Below, in pieces: positions 41,423 through 56,061 of a DNA stretch of 64,000 bases (the stretch's first letter is position 1; every line of letters starts with the position of its first letter). The notes under the pieces are model-generated. The model searched no databases and was not told the origin of the DNA. It worked only from the letters and a program-made list of their open reading frames with translations. Source of the stretch: Eledone cirrhosa (Eukaryota); assembly GCA_964016885.1 (NCBI GenBank), contig OZ024745.1, forward strand, positions 127,720,001 through 127,784,000, read 5' to 3'. Made by a program: the position numbers and the translations under genes.

Positions 41423-41856
41423 CACTAAATCTTAACTATATTAAAGAAAGGAGTGCGGGACTACATCCAGAATATATTATTTTACCCCGTTTGTAAAATA
41501 AGTTGGATTACTTTGAATAAATAATGAATGAATATTACATAATTTATCTGCTAAATGTCGTGGCTGTTGATTAAATTTATTTTATCACTTATTTAAAGAT
41601 TCACTTCTTTAAAATTGCCAAATGTCAACACTTCCTGTTAGCGGCCGTTATATTATAACACTTATAATCGCATATATTTCCGTCACTAATTTTCTCCTAA
41701 TGCAGTTTATATATAATTTTTTTTTTTTAATATATCAGGGATTACTGATTACATAAGACAGTGTAACTCAGTCTTCGTTCAATTTCTCTGTATATGTGTA
41801 TATTGTCAATTACGATTTTATTTACATATATATATATATTTGTGTATAATATCAAT

Positions 41857-41912
41857 ATACACACTACACATGCTAGTAGAAAATCACCGGAAGGGTTGTT
41901 TTTCTGTTAGTG
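41857..41912 (+). repeat. Short hairpin repeat, copy 2 of 161-215
   Basis: ATACACACTACACATGCTAG shared exactly in reverse complement. Confidence 0.55.
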
Positions 41913-42092
41913 TAGTATAAATAATGTTTCATGTACCCAACGTTTATGTGCTGCCATTGGTTTCGGGATCCTGTATGGTCTGGGCCCTGATGTCAATGGC
42001 AGCACATACATGTTAGGTATATTATTTATACTAAATAAGTTCTCTTGCAATAGATTGACCATTGTTTTCCTTGATCTTTCAACTACGGATAT

Positions 42093-42262
<170 letters not shown>

Positions 42263-42345
42263 ACCTCTTCCACTTCCACTAAGCATGAACTATGTATATA
42301 TCTGTACAATTGCCTCCTTTGTTTTGTTCGTTCATATTCAACTAC

Positions 42346-42447
<102 letters not shown>

Positions 42448-42471
42448 TTATTCCGTGCTATTTCCAATTCC

Positions 42472-42512
<41 letters not shown>

Positions 42513-42608
42513 ATATATATATGTATATATACACAGACACACACACATACACATATAATGTATATATATATATATATATTTGTATATATGTTCAAAGACG
42601 TGCGCCTG

Positions 42609-42644
<36 letters not shown>

Positions 42645-42990
42645 TGCATATATATATATATATTCCTCTGCATTCTTTTACTAGTTTCAATCATTACGTT
42701 GTAGCCATAATATATCACCGTTATACTGTAGTCGATTCTATCGATTTTAGTACTTATTTTCTTTGAAGTCTGGTACATATTTTATCGATTTCTGTTGTCC
42801 AACTAATATAGCACGGGGTATCAATCACAGATACGGCCACGTACATATTACACCCTGCAATTTCTGTCTACCAAATCTTCCTCACATTAGGCAGCACGAG
42901 TTCAAAGTAAAAGACTAAAAGTCACTTCCTCAAAGTTTCACAAAATGGACGTTAACCTAAAACCGGTTGGCTGCAGAATGAACTCCTTAA

Positions 42991-43202
42991 TCCTTTAGCA
43001 CTCTGTGGATATTACTGTATTTTCCTGGTGAAGGCTTTATCTTACATGATCATCTCACATAATATCGAATCTATGAGATTTTGATATTATCTATTTTGAG
43101 AACAATACCTTAACATTAGTATGATTGGCCAGTTACAGCCAGTTTGAACAGAAAGAGGTGAGGGAATTCTGGCCAGGTACAACCGGTTTAAATGCTAAAG
43201 GG
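42991..43202. mobile_element. TTAA-targeting (piggyBac-type) MITE
   Basis: TTAA-TCCTTTAGCA..TGCTAAAGGG-TTAA. Confidence 0.65.
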
Positions 43203-43226
43203 TTAAATGCGCACAGAATTATGTGA

Positions 43227-43410
43227 GATCGTGTGATGAAAGATATATTCTTATAATTTGGGAGGGTCATATTATCAATAAAAATACACGCACCATTAGG
43301 TTTAGAAGTAATGCTGGATTCAGTTTTTCTTTCGGCTTAGCCTTTGACCTTTTACGTGGTGTGTGTGTGTGTTTATTGGCAACATAATCCTACCAATGTA
43401 TAACAATACA
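43227..43410. mobile_element. Old family B fold-back remnant
   Basis: GGGAGGGTCATATT..CACGCACCA and inverted TGGTG..TTATTGGCAACAT..GTATAACAATA. Confidence 0.6.
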
Positions 43411-43608
43411 CATCCACATTCATAAACAAACACACACACACACACACATATATATATCTATATATACAGAGACAGTGAGAGGGGGAGAAGGGGCTGATAA
43501 AAGGATATAAAGATAGTGTCATACAGTTTATTCAATATGAGTGACTGCCAGACAGAGATATAGACAACTAAACAGACAGACATACCGACACACACACACT
43601 CACACACA

Positions 43609-43733
<125 letters not shown>

Positions 43734-44589
43734 TTAGTCATGAAGGTGTATTAGTTGGTGGATGTAGCAGTAATAGAAATGTCCACACAGGTGGAGTATA
43801 AAACTGTATAAACCTTCGTACTTTGGCCAATTCAGCACCAGCGACTAATCCGTCGATGTTGTAGAACACATTTTACCTTTTCAATTTCCAACAGCAATCC
43901 CGAGAGACCAACATTCTCCAGGCCAAAGTTGCTGTTTTGTTTTCTCCTCGACACCATAACGATATCGTCACCAAACCAGTTAATAAGAACGTTTTTGTGG
44001 TTGTGTGGTGTACTGACTTCAAGAAAACTGCATTAAGACACCTACCCTACGGCTCCATTCCCTGCTGCCAACAACTGAAACCCTTCCCTATCCACTAAAT
44101 ATTGTATCCATTCTTCTACCCTTACTAACGTTAACCCTTATTATACGTTGCATTTCCACCATTCGTTCCATCCACAAAACACATAGACCCAATAACTATG
44201 TAGATCACATCGTCTCTGACTGTTGTTGTCACATGGAATTTATTTTTACTCACCTTGATGACATCCTGTCTGTCTTGGTGGGCGACTTTCCTTTTCCTAT
44301 CTACGACATCAACCATGCCTTCGTCTCTTCTCTACCTTCGCACTCTTCGGTTTCATTTCGCCTCTTTTTTACCTGTAACATCCTATCTCTACACGCAGTT
44401 GTTCTTCGCAACGAGGAATCTACAGCCTCCAAGACAGCCATGACTTATGCCTCATTACCAAATCATGAACCTCTAACCAGTCTCTGTCTAGTTAAGATTC
44501 CCCTTACCCACAGTTGTTTTACTTCTGGGTAAGATGCATTAATAGCACAATGGGGTGGCCATGGGAACAAGAAACAGCCCCAAATACAA

Positions 44590-45075
44590 ACGTATTTATT
44601 GACTACGTTGAGGCCCAGAAATCAAATACATGTGTCCCCCCACACACCTACATATACTCTCTCACTCACTCCCAAGCGTAAACACGCCCCACACACATAT
44701 GCACCATACGACACCCACATTTACACAGCAAAGAGAAATATATGCGCCTCATTACATACATTAGCTGCACTTTCACTGAACACATACAAACACAAGCAAT
44801 AGTAAATAACTCAAACGCTACCGCGCGCCCAGGTTATTACACACCCACCCATGCACTACTACCTCTTCCACACCTAAATAACATTTTTTTATTCTCGACT
44901 TTCCTTTTAATTCTCTCTATTTAAGTGCCCCCCCCCCCTCCGATTTCCCTGTTTTATTTTTTTCCTTTCTGATGAAAGACCATCACCCTAAACGTAAAAG
45001 ATGTTTCATTCAAGTACTAGACAAATAACATTTATGGTATTATTTTCTGTTTTCTTTAATTTCGTTTGACCAGGC
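44590..45075 (+). mobile_element. Possible decayed PLE 3' region
   Basis: CTGATGAAAG..AAACGTAAAAG degenerate HHR-like motif at about 44969-45000; ends at (TA)n. Confidence 0.35.
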
Positions 45076-45076
45076 A

Positions 45077-45140
<64 letters not shown>

Positions 45141-45360
45141 CACATATAAATTCACAGAGAATCGCATTCCGGCGGATAGAGTAAGCGAAGCGTAACGCAA
45201 ATTCCGAGTCATGCTGGCAAGCGCTCAATAGTCTAAAAGACTAGAGCAATAAACATAGGTTATAAAGGCCATACAAACTGAGAAGGCGGTCAAGAAGCTA
45301 TAGACCACCTAAGCCAAAAAAGAAGTCAAGCTAAACAGGTCAGACAAAATAAATGACATA

Positions 45361-45410
<50 letters not shown>

Positions 45411-45567
45411 AAAGAATAGAGGTGTAACACACAAGTTATTATATATTGGTAAACGGAATAGAAAATGCTGACAAATTGTTCACAGTTGAAAAATGGTTTA
45501 ATTAGGAATAAAAGAGTATTAGTGATTGTATGGGTTAGTATTCAGTTGTGGTTTTAAGGTTTTTAAG

Positions 45568-45606
45568 TTTTTACCGGTTGCGCATTTCTAAATGCTTTTC
45601 AAAAAT
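45568..45606 (-). ncRNA. Mutated HHR motif, U3-A8 variant
   Basis: TTTTTGAAAA-GCATT TAGA AATGC-GCA-ACCGGT-A-AAAA; GAA mutated to GCA. Confidence 0.55.
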
Positions 45607-45717
45607 AATTTTTGAGATAGAGTGTCCGTGTTGTTTGCTCTGATCTGATTAGTTTTGGGAATTCTACCTGTTTTTATGTTGAAAAAGTGGCTCCAGCGTT
45701 ACTTTGGTGTTGCAAAA

Positions 45718-45846
<129 letters not shown>

Positions 45847-45894
45847 TTTAAATATATATATATATAAATGAATATATATATATATATATATAAA

Positions 45895-45951
<57 letters not shown>

Positions 45952-46164
45952 TCATTTATATATATATATATATATTCATTTATATATATATATATTTAAA
46001 AAAATATATATATATATATATATATAAATATCAAAAGTAGAGTTGAGATGGAGGGTCTGTGGTTTTTCTCACATCAAATATATGTATATATATATATATA
46101 TAAATACATATATATATAAATACATATATCTATATATAAATATATATATATATATAATGAGGTA

Positions 46165-46254
46165 TCCTCTTGATAAGTCGGCAGACCTCGCAAGGACTCT
46201 ATGTCTTTATGATATATTGTTTTTGTTTATGCCACGAAACTACGTAGTCGAGGA
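46165..46254 (+). ncRNA. Type-I HHR motif, U3-A8 variant, long stem II
   Basis: TCCTC-TTGATAA-GTCGGCA..TGCCAC-GAA-ACTACGTAGT-C-GAGGA. Confidence 0.75.
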
Positions 46255-46487
46255 ATTTAGGAGCAGTTTAGGTATGATACATTTTATTACTAATTATATC
46301 TAAATGTTTCTTCTCTCTTCATAATGTATTTTTAACTCTGATACTGGTTCAGTCTAGTTCAACTGAATTGGTCTGTCCCAGTCATTCATTGAGCAACATC
46401 GGTGAAGTTGGCACCCTTAACTCACAGTTAGGTGCGGATGCATTCATGTATATATGTGTGTGTCCGCATGTATCTGTGTGTTTCTAA

Positions 46488-46569
<82 letters not shown>

Positions 46570-46575
46570 TGTATG

Positions 46576-46621
<46 letters not shown>

Positions 46622-46628
<7 letters not shown>

Positions 46629-46840
46629 AAATTTCGCTCTACATGGCTGAATACAATAAATGTAATCTGAATTTTTCGAATATTAATAATAACATTCGAT
46701 TCGTTTGCAATTATGCAAACAAGCCTCAATTTTATAGCCATGTCAGTAGAATGAACCCTTCATTCTTGATCTCGTGTTGGCATAATTGCAAACGAATCGA
46801 ATGTTATTATTAATATTCAAAAAACTCAGATTACATTTAT
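46622..46840. mobile_element. Fold-back element in (TA)n
   Basis: Arms 46656-46716 and 46780-46840, one-sided extension; no HHR seen. Confidence 0.7.
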
Positions 46841-46868
46841 ATATATACACACACACACACACACACAT

Positions 46869-46910
<42 letters not shown>

Positions 46911-47562
46911 TCATATGGCGAAAGAAGAGGGAGCGAGAGATTATAAGAACAATTATACTGTCTACTACAAAAGCTTATATTGAACGATATGTAGATAGAT
47001 CAATAGATAGATAGATAGATAGATAGAGTAAAATTATTCTTTTTACGATATTATCCATTAGAATCATCAAAAACAAATGGTAGCACAAACATCTGGCTAT
47101 GGAATCAATTTCAAATAAACTGTCAACTGAACAATAGATACAGGGAGATGCATAAATCTGTAGTTATTAACTGATAAAATATATGTAATTAGAACGATCT
47201 CACAGCATGTTTTAATGAGAGAATAAGCTAAACATGTTTTGAAGAATTAATAGGATTTACAGTAACCTATTTATGTTCAGTCATGTAGATTAATTTTAGA
47301 TATATAAAGCTGACAGAAAACAGAACAAATAACTTTTAACGAGTCTGTATTGTATGTGTGTATATGTGTGTATGTGTGTGTGTGTATGCATGTGTGTATG
47401 TATGTATGTACCTATGTGTGTATATGAATGTATGTGATTGTGTGTGTATGTATATATATATATGTATATATATATGTATATATATATGTATGTGTGGGTG
47501 TGTGAATATATGTATTTATGTACCTATATGTGTGTGTATGTGTGAGTGTGTGTGTATATACA

Positions 47563-47633
<71 letters not shown>

Positions 47634-48086
47634 ATGTGTGGGTGTGTGTATATATGTATTTATGCACGTATGTGTGTTTGTACGTATGTATGTACGTACG
47701 TATATATATTTGTACGTAAGTACATACGTACGTATGCATTAATTAAAAGCAGCATTAATACAGCCTGATTCAAAATAAATTCGTATGGGAAACATATGCA
47801 ATATTTTACGTATAGTACATGTCATGCTATGGTTATCACAATCCGAGATATTGTCATAAGAACCGCAATAATCGTGGGAGAATACACATTACTAATTTTT
47901 CAGCAACTTTATCCATCTTCAGTAACGTTTGCTCATTCGTAAAGGAAAGATAAGCTGATAGCTTATCCACCACCCTTGCCAATATGCCCACGGGATATAT
48001 ATTCACAGCAATACTAAATATAGGATTATTGAACATATACATCGCATACCTATCACAAATACATTATGTATTCATATCATAGGGCT

Positions 48087-48610
48087 GTGGATTGGCAGTA
48101 TCGATAAAATAAAGTAGCAGTAATACACTGGCGTAAATGCTGGCCTTGTGCCAAAAGTAGAAACAATTATTATTATCATCACTATTGAGAGCGGTGGATT
48201 GGCAGTATCGTTGGAGCGTCGGGCACCATGCTTAGTGTTGTAGAGTGACGGCCCCTTATGTTCTGAGTTCAAATCCCGCCGAGGTTAGCATTGCCCTTCA
48301 TCCTTACGGGGTCGATAAAATAAAGTACCAGTAATGAACTGATGTTGATTTAATCGACTTACTAAAACCGAAAGAAAAAATTGCTAGCCTTGTGCTTATA
48401 GTAGAAATCATTATTGAGGGCGGTGGATTGGCAGTATCGGTAGAGAGTCGGATACCATACTTTGAGGCATAGTGTTACACACCTTTACGTTCTGAGTTCA
48501 AATGCCACCGTGGTCAGCATTGCCCTTCATCCATACGGGGTCGATAAAATATAGTACCAGTAATGCACTGGGTAACTGCTGGCCTTGTGCCAAAAATAGA
48601 AACAATTATT
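48087..48610 (+). mobile_element. Three tandem SINE family A copies (internally deleted, long, short)
   Basis: GTGGATTGGCAGTATCG at 48087, about 48194 and 48423. Confidence 0.9.
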
Positions 48611-48829
48611 TACACTTGTTTGTGTGTCATCTGTTAAATCTGTTCCAACTGAACTACGACAATTTGCCACGAAATTGTCAACAGATGCCAATACTGACAT
48701 GTGACCAAATATCAAATATCAAATGTTAAAATCGACTTATACATCAATAGTAGGAAATGTAAACACGACAAGAACAGCAGTGCCAATAAAACCAACGGCA
48801 GGGATATAACTAAGAGGAGATAAGTAGAA

Positions 48830-49122
48830 CAACAACAGACAACAAAAACAACAGCAGCAATAACAACACCAAAAATAATAACCTGATCAACAACAACAAC
48901 AACCACAGCAATAACAACACCAAAAATAATAACCTGATCAACAACAACACCACCACCATCAACAACAACAACACCACCACAACCACCACCACCAACAACA
49001 CCACCATCAACACCACCACCACCAACAACACCACCACCACCAACACCACCACCAACAACAACAACACGACCACCACCAACAACACCACCACCACCAACAA
49101 CAACAACACCATCACGACCACC

Positions 49123-49154
<32 letters not shown>

Positions 49155-49369
49155 CACCACCACCAACAACACCACCACCACCACCACCACCATCAACAAC
49201 AACAACAACACCATCACCACCACCACCACCACCACCACCAACAACAACAACACGAGACGACAACAACAGCAACAGACAACAAGTACAACAGCAAGAGACA
49301 ACATCAACAACAACAGACAACAACACCACCACCAACAACAACAACAACACCACCAACAACACCACCACC

Positions 49370-49401
<32 letters not shown>

Positions 49402-49417
49402 CAACAACACCACCACC

Positions 49418-49448
<31 letters not shown>

Positions 49449-49660
49449 CCAACAACAACACCACCAACAACAACACCACCACCACCACCACCACCACCAC
49501 CGCCACCAACAACAACAACAACAACACCATCACCACCACCACCACCAACAACAACAACAACCCCACCACCACCACCAACAAAAACAACAACAACAACACC
49601 ACCACCACCGCCAACAACACCACCATCACCACCAACACCACCACCAACACCACCACCACC

Positions 49661-49692
<32 letters not shown>

Positions 49693-49780
49693 CAACACCA
49701 AAACCACCGCCAACAACACCAACAACACCACCAACACCACCACCACCAACAACACCACCGCCACCAACAACACCACCACC

Positions 49781-49812
<32 letters not shown>

Positions 49813-49950
49813 CAACAACACCACCACCAACAACAACACCACCGCCAACAACACCACCACCATTACCAACAACAACACCACCACCACCACCACCACCACC
49901 ACCACCAACAACAACAGTAACAGCCACAACAACAACAATAACAACTACAA
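48830..49950. repeat. (CAA)n/(CAC)n trinucleotide satellite
   Basis: Direct reading. Confidence 0.95.
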
Positions 49951-50221
49951 AGAAGTAGACACCGAGCGACACAACCACGGCTATAGAGAGAGCTCCAACA
50001 GTTAAATGAGCAACAATAACCGATTGAACAGCGAAAACATGCGTAGTTACTGCAATCTTGATGGCGTTTTTCTTTATATCTGCACAACCACATTTAACCT
50101 TGAAATGTCAAAACGTATCGAAGAATGTTATCGAATATCACAGACATACACACAAACATGCACACATGCACATACATACGTATACACTCACACATACACA
50201 CACGTACAAATATATGCATAT

Positions 50222-50305
<84 letters not shown>

Positions 50306-50357
50306 TACACATCTACTTGCTACATATATACAAGCATAAGTTCACAAACATGCTCCG

Positions 50358-50401
<44 letters not shown>

Positions 50402-50513
50402 ATATATATATATATATATGTATGTATGTACATATATCTATACATATATATATATATACATATATTTATATATATATATAAATAAATATATATATATGTA
50501 TATTTATAAAAAT

Positions 50514-50554
50514 AACGGCTTCAGCTCTGCCGTCGAGGTCATACTTTCTCCTAT
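50514..50554 (+). mobile_element. 41-bp family A' fragment in (TA)n
   Basis: AACGGCTTCAGCTCTGCCGTCGAGGTCATACTTTCTCCTAT. Confidence 0.8.
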
Positions 50555-50555
50555 G

Positions 50556-50588
<33 letters not shown>

Positions 50589-50591
50589 AAT

Positions 50592-50637
<46 letters not shown>

Positions 50638-50645
50638 CGTATATG

Positions 50646-50779
<134 letters not shown>

Positions 50780-51105
50780 TATATATGCATATACACACAC
50801 ACATATATATATCTATATATATATATATATATATATGTATATCTATATATATACACACACACATATATATATATATATAATACATACTGCGTATTTATAA
50901 ATAAGAACGGACATATGATAAGTAATGAAATGTGTTTATAAGAAAAGTTATATAATCGATATATGCAGAGATATGCTTCTATATGTCTGTACACAGCAAA
51001 TGTATGTATATGGCTTCGATATATGCACAACTAGATGTTTATACTCACACACAGATATATATGTATAATATATTTATTTATATACATGTGTATATATATA
51101 CATTC

Positions 51106-51155
<50 letters not shown>

Positions 51156-51326
51156 GCATATATATATATATATTTATGTATATATATATGCATATATATG
51201 TATATGTATATATATATGTGTATATATATACATATATGTATATACATATATATCTATATATGTATATATATTTATATATATATATGTATATACATATGTA
51301 TATATATATATATATATATATAAATG

Positions 51327-51386
<60 letters not shown>

Positions 51387-51402
51387 TACGTATATACATA
51401 TA

Positions 51403-51434
<32 letters not shown>

Positions 51435-52782
51435 CATATACATATATATATATATATATTTACATACAAACGTATAAATATGCCATGGAAAATATTATCA
51501 ATGCACTTAATATGTTCTATGAATACACATAACGTAGTTAAGTAAACAGAATTGAATGCATTTTTTTGAAGAACAACAAACAATATATGAAATAACGTAA
51601 AACGAAATTTACGAATATGGAACGAAATCAACTTGAATACAAAAACATCTCCCTCTCCACCAGCATACCCACTGTCTTCGACGCCATCTTCCAACTTCAC
51701 CTCATAATCATCATTATCACTTTTATCAGCATTATTCAAAGCAGCTGCAACAACAATAACAACGATAACAATGTCAAAAGATTTAATAAAATGGAATTAA
51801 TACAAAACTAGAAACAAGAATAAAAGAAGGAAAAATATCTTTTAACAACAATATAAGCGACAAAAACAACTGTAAAAAACAATGACAGCAACACACACAC
51901 ACCTACAAATGATTGAGGTATCAACATCGATAACTAAAATCATATGAACAACGGTAAAGTAATAGAGGTAACTATAGCTACCTAAAATAATTTGACTGGT
52001 CGTAGCTGCGCCAGTTTTATGCTAGCAATTGCACATGTACTTCGACTATGAGTTATCTAAAGCATCTAGATGAGCAACTTAAACTTTAAATTAGATATGA
52101 CACTCTACATCTCATATGGGACAAACTCTCACAGTCCCCAAAGCTGTAAGTGGCTCAATCATAGCTGCACCACAACATTTCAAACGAAAAACATTCCCCC
52201 AACAAACTATCTACATCGCTTGGAGAATTCATCAACTTCTACAAATTGAGCGACACTTCCTCAGTACCGCAATTTCTACAACGCCATCATCCAAACCACA
52301 TTCATATATGGTACAGTTCTCAAACTCTACCCACAAAATTGTCATTAATTATTTCGGTTACTTGTCAAATGAAACCCCTTTCTTTCTCTTCTAAAACATA
52401 ATATTCCTCTGAACAATACTCATGCAGAGAGAAACCCTCTACATTGTTTCTTACTTTGCACCAAGCTCTAGTCTTCCCATATAAATCAATCTAACCCCTA
52501 ATTATCTCCTTCCGTTTCATCAGGTTCATTTCTATGCATTCATACACATATAGTGCTGCCAACGTACCTCTATCTTCAAACATAACCAGACGACCAGGTT
52601 TGATTATGCCCCTTATATATTAGCCCCAAACAATGTGATCCAGGCTATCTCCCATACTTACCAAATTCTTCAATCTTTCTGAGTCTTTCGCTACATCATT
52701 CAGTCTAAATAATCTTTCTACACAACTTGGTTAGCCGATGTAGCACAAATATATGGTTCATACATGCTATACAAGCAATTAT

Positions 52783-52970
52783 ATTGGATTGGCAGTATCG
52801 GTAGAGGGTGGGACGCCATGCTTTGACACATAGAGTTACGGCCCTTGCCATTCTGAGTTCAAATCCAGCCGAGGTTAACTTTGCCTTTCATCCTTATGGG
52901 GTCGATAAAATAAAGTACCAGTAATGCACTGGGTAATTGCTGGCCTTGTGTCAAAAAGTTGAAACAATTA
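52783..52970 (+). mobile_element. SINE family A
   Basis: Family match. Confidence 0.92.
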
Positions 52971-53299
52971 TCTATATTACTGAGAGGAATAGTAATTTAT
53001 TAATACCCAATCACAAATCGGCTCTGATTTCAAGCTATACTCGACATTTCAGAGGTTTTTGAGTTAAAATAGAAATACAAAATATTAAATTTGTTGCATT
53101 TGAAATATATAAAATTAATATTTTATTAGGTGAAAGAGATATATTTTCACTGTATAAGTTAAATACTCAAATACACACACACACACACACACAAGTTTAT
53201 TATATATTCCTTAATGTGTATTCCGTACATTTCTCATTCTTTGCCAATGCTTCCTCTTTCGTTTACAACACCTGTTTTTAATATTATTTTCCACGTGAG

Positions 53300-53503
53300 G
53301 TCGATTTGCAATATCAGTAGAGCGTCGGACAACATGCTTTATGGCATAGTGTTACGCCCCTTTACGATCTTAGTTCAAAATCCTGCCAAGATTAGCTTTG
53401 CCTTCCATTCTAACGAGTTCGATAAAATAAAGTACCAGTAATGAACTGGGGTGGAGTTAACCTCCCCCAAAATTGTTTGCCTTGTGACTAAATTAGAAAC
53501 CAA
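53300..53503 (+). mobile_element. SINE family A, long form, degenerate
   Basis: Family match. Confidence 0.8.
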
Positions 53504-53624
53504 TATATTTTCCTCGTTTCAATATTACCTTGTTCTTTTCTGAGTTCAAATGCCTCCTATGGGTGGACATTCCATTTGTTTTTGTTAATTGATAATTACT
53601 CTTTTCCTTTCCGCCTCCAGCTTA

Positions 53625-54060
53625 GTCCCCTCGGACAAAACCCCGGTACCGTGATTCGCAGGAAGAGAAGCAAATACCGGAGCTTGTCTGGCCGCTTCCT
53701 CTTTGCACCGATCGCTTTCGAGGCCTCAGGCGTACTCGGAATCCAGACAGCTGACTTCCTCTGTAAAATTGGATAGATAGTAGCCCGTTTGACGAAGGAG
53801 GTTCGTGAGACGGTGCGGCTGTTGCAGTGTACAGCGCTGGCCTTTCTTCATGGAAATGCCTTCGTTATTTTGTCCGCGGGGCGCTGCCAAAGCACCGCTC
53901 TGACCGAGTGTAGGGTTTGCTACGCTCTCCTCTTCCTCTTTTCGTTCTTTCTTTATCTAGTAGTCCTTGTTCTTCCCCTCCCTTTCCTTTCATTTATGGC
54001 TTTTATAGTCCTTTCCAATACTGCTTTATTTTCTGTATATTTAACCAAATAAAAATAAAA
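53625..54060 (+). mobile_element. CRE-like LINE 3' end (C-terminal restriction-like endonuclease region), pseudogenised
   Basis: RRKRSKYRSLSGRFLFAPIAFEASGVLG..FLCKIG*..ETVRLLQCTALAFLHGNA matches the KxxKY / P-x-x-x-E-x-x-G / Q..GNA pattern of RLE LINEs; A-rich end. Confidence 0.75.
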
Positions 54061-54182
54061 TATGTCGATCCAGAATAAATGAGATAAAAAAAGATATGCA
54101 ATATATATAGCGTCATGGAAATATATATAACGGCTCAATTAATACAAGACTCTCTCTAATATCTACAACTTCGCATTTTCCT

Positions 54183-54218
<36 letters not shown>

Positions 54219-54220
<2 letters not shown>

Positions 54221-54474
54221 CGAAGGAATTGTGGTAAGGAACCAGATGGACCATAACGCACCAGAGTACTCAATACTTAGGGTAGTAGAGTGGGTAATAG
54301 GAAAATGTATGACCCTGACGGCAGAGCTCAAGCCGTTTCGATGGCTATTTCTGGACTCAGCTTGAGCTCTGCCGTCGGGGTCATACATTTTCCTATTACC
54401 AACTCTACTACCCTAAGTATTGAGTACTCTGGTGCGTTATGGTCCACCTGGTTCCTTACCACAACTCCGTCCTT
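54219..54474. mobile_element. Family A' full fold-back in (TA)n
   Basis: ~115-bp arms 54219-54333 and 54360-54474. Confidence 0.88.
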
Positions 54475-54478
54475 ATAT

Positions 54479-54509
<31 letters not shown>

Positions 54510-54610
54510 CATACATATATATATACATACCTATACATATACATATATACATATATACATATGTGTATATATATATGTATACACTTTACATTTTATAATA
54601 CATTTTATTT

Positions 54611-54644
<34 letters not shown>

Positions 54645-54699
54645 AATAAGTAAGTCAAATATGTAAAATTTGGCTTCGTTTATTATAAATTATAGATAT

Positions 54700-54754
54700 A
54701 CTGCTATATATATTTCGGTGACAGCCATCATAGGCTGTGACCTCTTCAGGCAGT
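54700..54754 (-). ncRNA. Minimal type-I hammerhead ribozyme motif
   Basis: ACTGC-CTGAAGA-GGTCACAGCC TATGAT GGCTGTCACC-GAA-ATATATAT-A-GCAGT. Confidence 0.85.
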
Positions 54755-54896
54755 CCGAATTGGTGTGGGAAAGACATGATATGATTCCAGTTCCTCAGAG
54801 AAATAACAACACAACCAGGAGCTGGACATATCGATGTATTGACGGATTAAACACACTTCAACAACATGTGTACCTGTCTTTCCCACACCAATTCGG

Positions 54897-54951
54897 ACTG
54901 CCTGAAGACGTCACAGCCAATGATGGTTGTCACCGAAATATATATAGCAGT
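54897..54951 (+). ncRNA. Minimal type-I hammerhead ribozyme motif (mirror copy)
   Basis: ACTGC-CTGAAGA-CGTCACAGCC AATGAT GGTTGTCACC-GAA-ATATATAT-A-GCAGT; first stem II pair mutated. Confidence 0.78.
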
Positions 54952-55131
54952 ATATCTATAATTTATAATAAACGAAGCCAAATTTTACATATTTCACTTA
55001 ATTATTTTATTTTACATTACTCCGGAGTAAACAAACCAACCTGCGTACTTCGTCGAGTGCTCCAATCTGCATACTGAGGTGTCCCTAAACAACTAACATA
55101 TTCTAGAAATTTATATATATATATGTGTGTG

Positions 55132-55261
<130 letters not shown>

Positions 55262-55537
55262 AGTGTGCGTGGGTGTACATGATTGTATGTGTTTGTGTAT
55301 ATTTGTATTATAAAAAGTTAAATCGAATTAAAAACCAATACGATAAAAGCTAACCTTTTTGTATAGGATTTAAAATAATTAAAAATGTTTTATAATACTG
55401 ATATAATGATTTCAAAACTGCCTCGAAACTCGAATCATACACACACATACACACACACATATATATACACACACACGCACACACTTACACATACACACAC
55501 ATACACACATATATAAATACACACACACACACACACA

Positions 55538-55578
<41 letters not shown>

Positions 55579-55690
55579 ATAATAATAAATTTGAAGACTA
55601 AAATCCAAAGAGGGCTCGATAAGGATAAATATATATCAAATATATAAGAACCGTAGAGCAAATATTTATAAACTTTAATCTGTTATTTTA

Positions 55691-55723
<33 letters not shown>

Positions 55724-55730
<7 letters not shown>

Positions 55731-55988
55731 AAAAAGAGATGAAATCGAAAATGCAACTGGAGTCTTATTTTTTTTTTTTTAAATATATATATTTATTTGG
55801 TTCCTTTACCGGTTTCGCAGTTCTTCTGCTTTTCAAAAGGTGAGTTGAGATGGAGGGTCTGTGGTTTTTCTCACAGATGTGAAAAAAAATAAGACTCCAG
55901 TTGCATTTTCGATTTCATCTCTTTTTCTTTATACTTTCACTCGTGTAGGACACCTCGGTTATTTTTCATTTTGTAAAAAAAAACTCAC

Positions 55989-55995
<7 letters not shown>
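55724..55995. mobile_element. Fold-back element family F in (TA)n
   Basis: Arms about 55724-55775 and 55882-55933; spacer shares GAGTTGAGATGGAGGGTCTGTGGTTTTTCTCACA with 46040-46073. Confidence 0.8.
55803..55840 (-). ncRNA. 38-nt minimal HHR motif, U3-A8 variant
   Basis: CCTT-TTGAAAA-GCAG AAGAA CTGC-GAA-ACCGGT-A-AAGG. Confidence 0.8.

Positions 55996-56061
<66 letters not shown>

Larger units (their letters stand above)
54651..55110. mobile_element. Fold-back element family D with back-to-back HHRs
   Basis: Arms 54651-54776 and 54875-55000; extension with GTCGAGTGCTC (55052-55062); (TA)n both sides. Confidence 0.88.

Noticed and set aside
43800-44560. Possible decayed PLE GIY-YIG coding region
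   Set aside because: No recognisable GIY/YIG or RT motif by eye
48712-49978. Long poly-Val/Gly/Leu ORFs, or a Pro/Thr mucin-like reading on +
   Set aside because: (CAA/CAC)n repeat; no splice or start context
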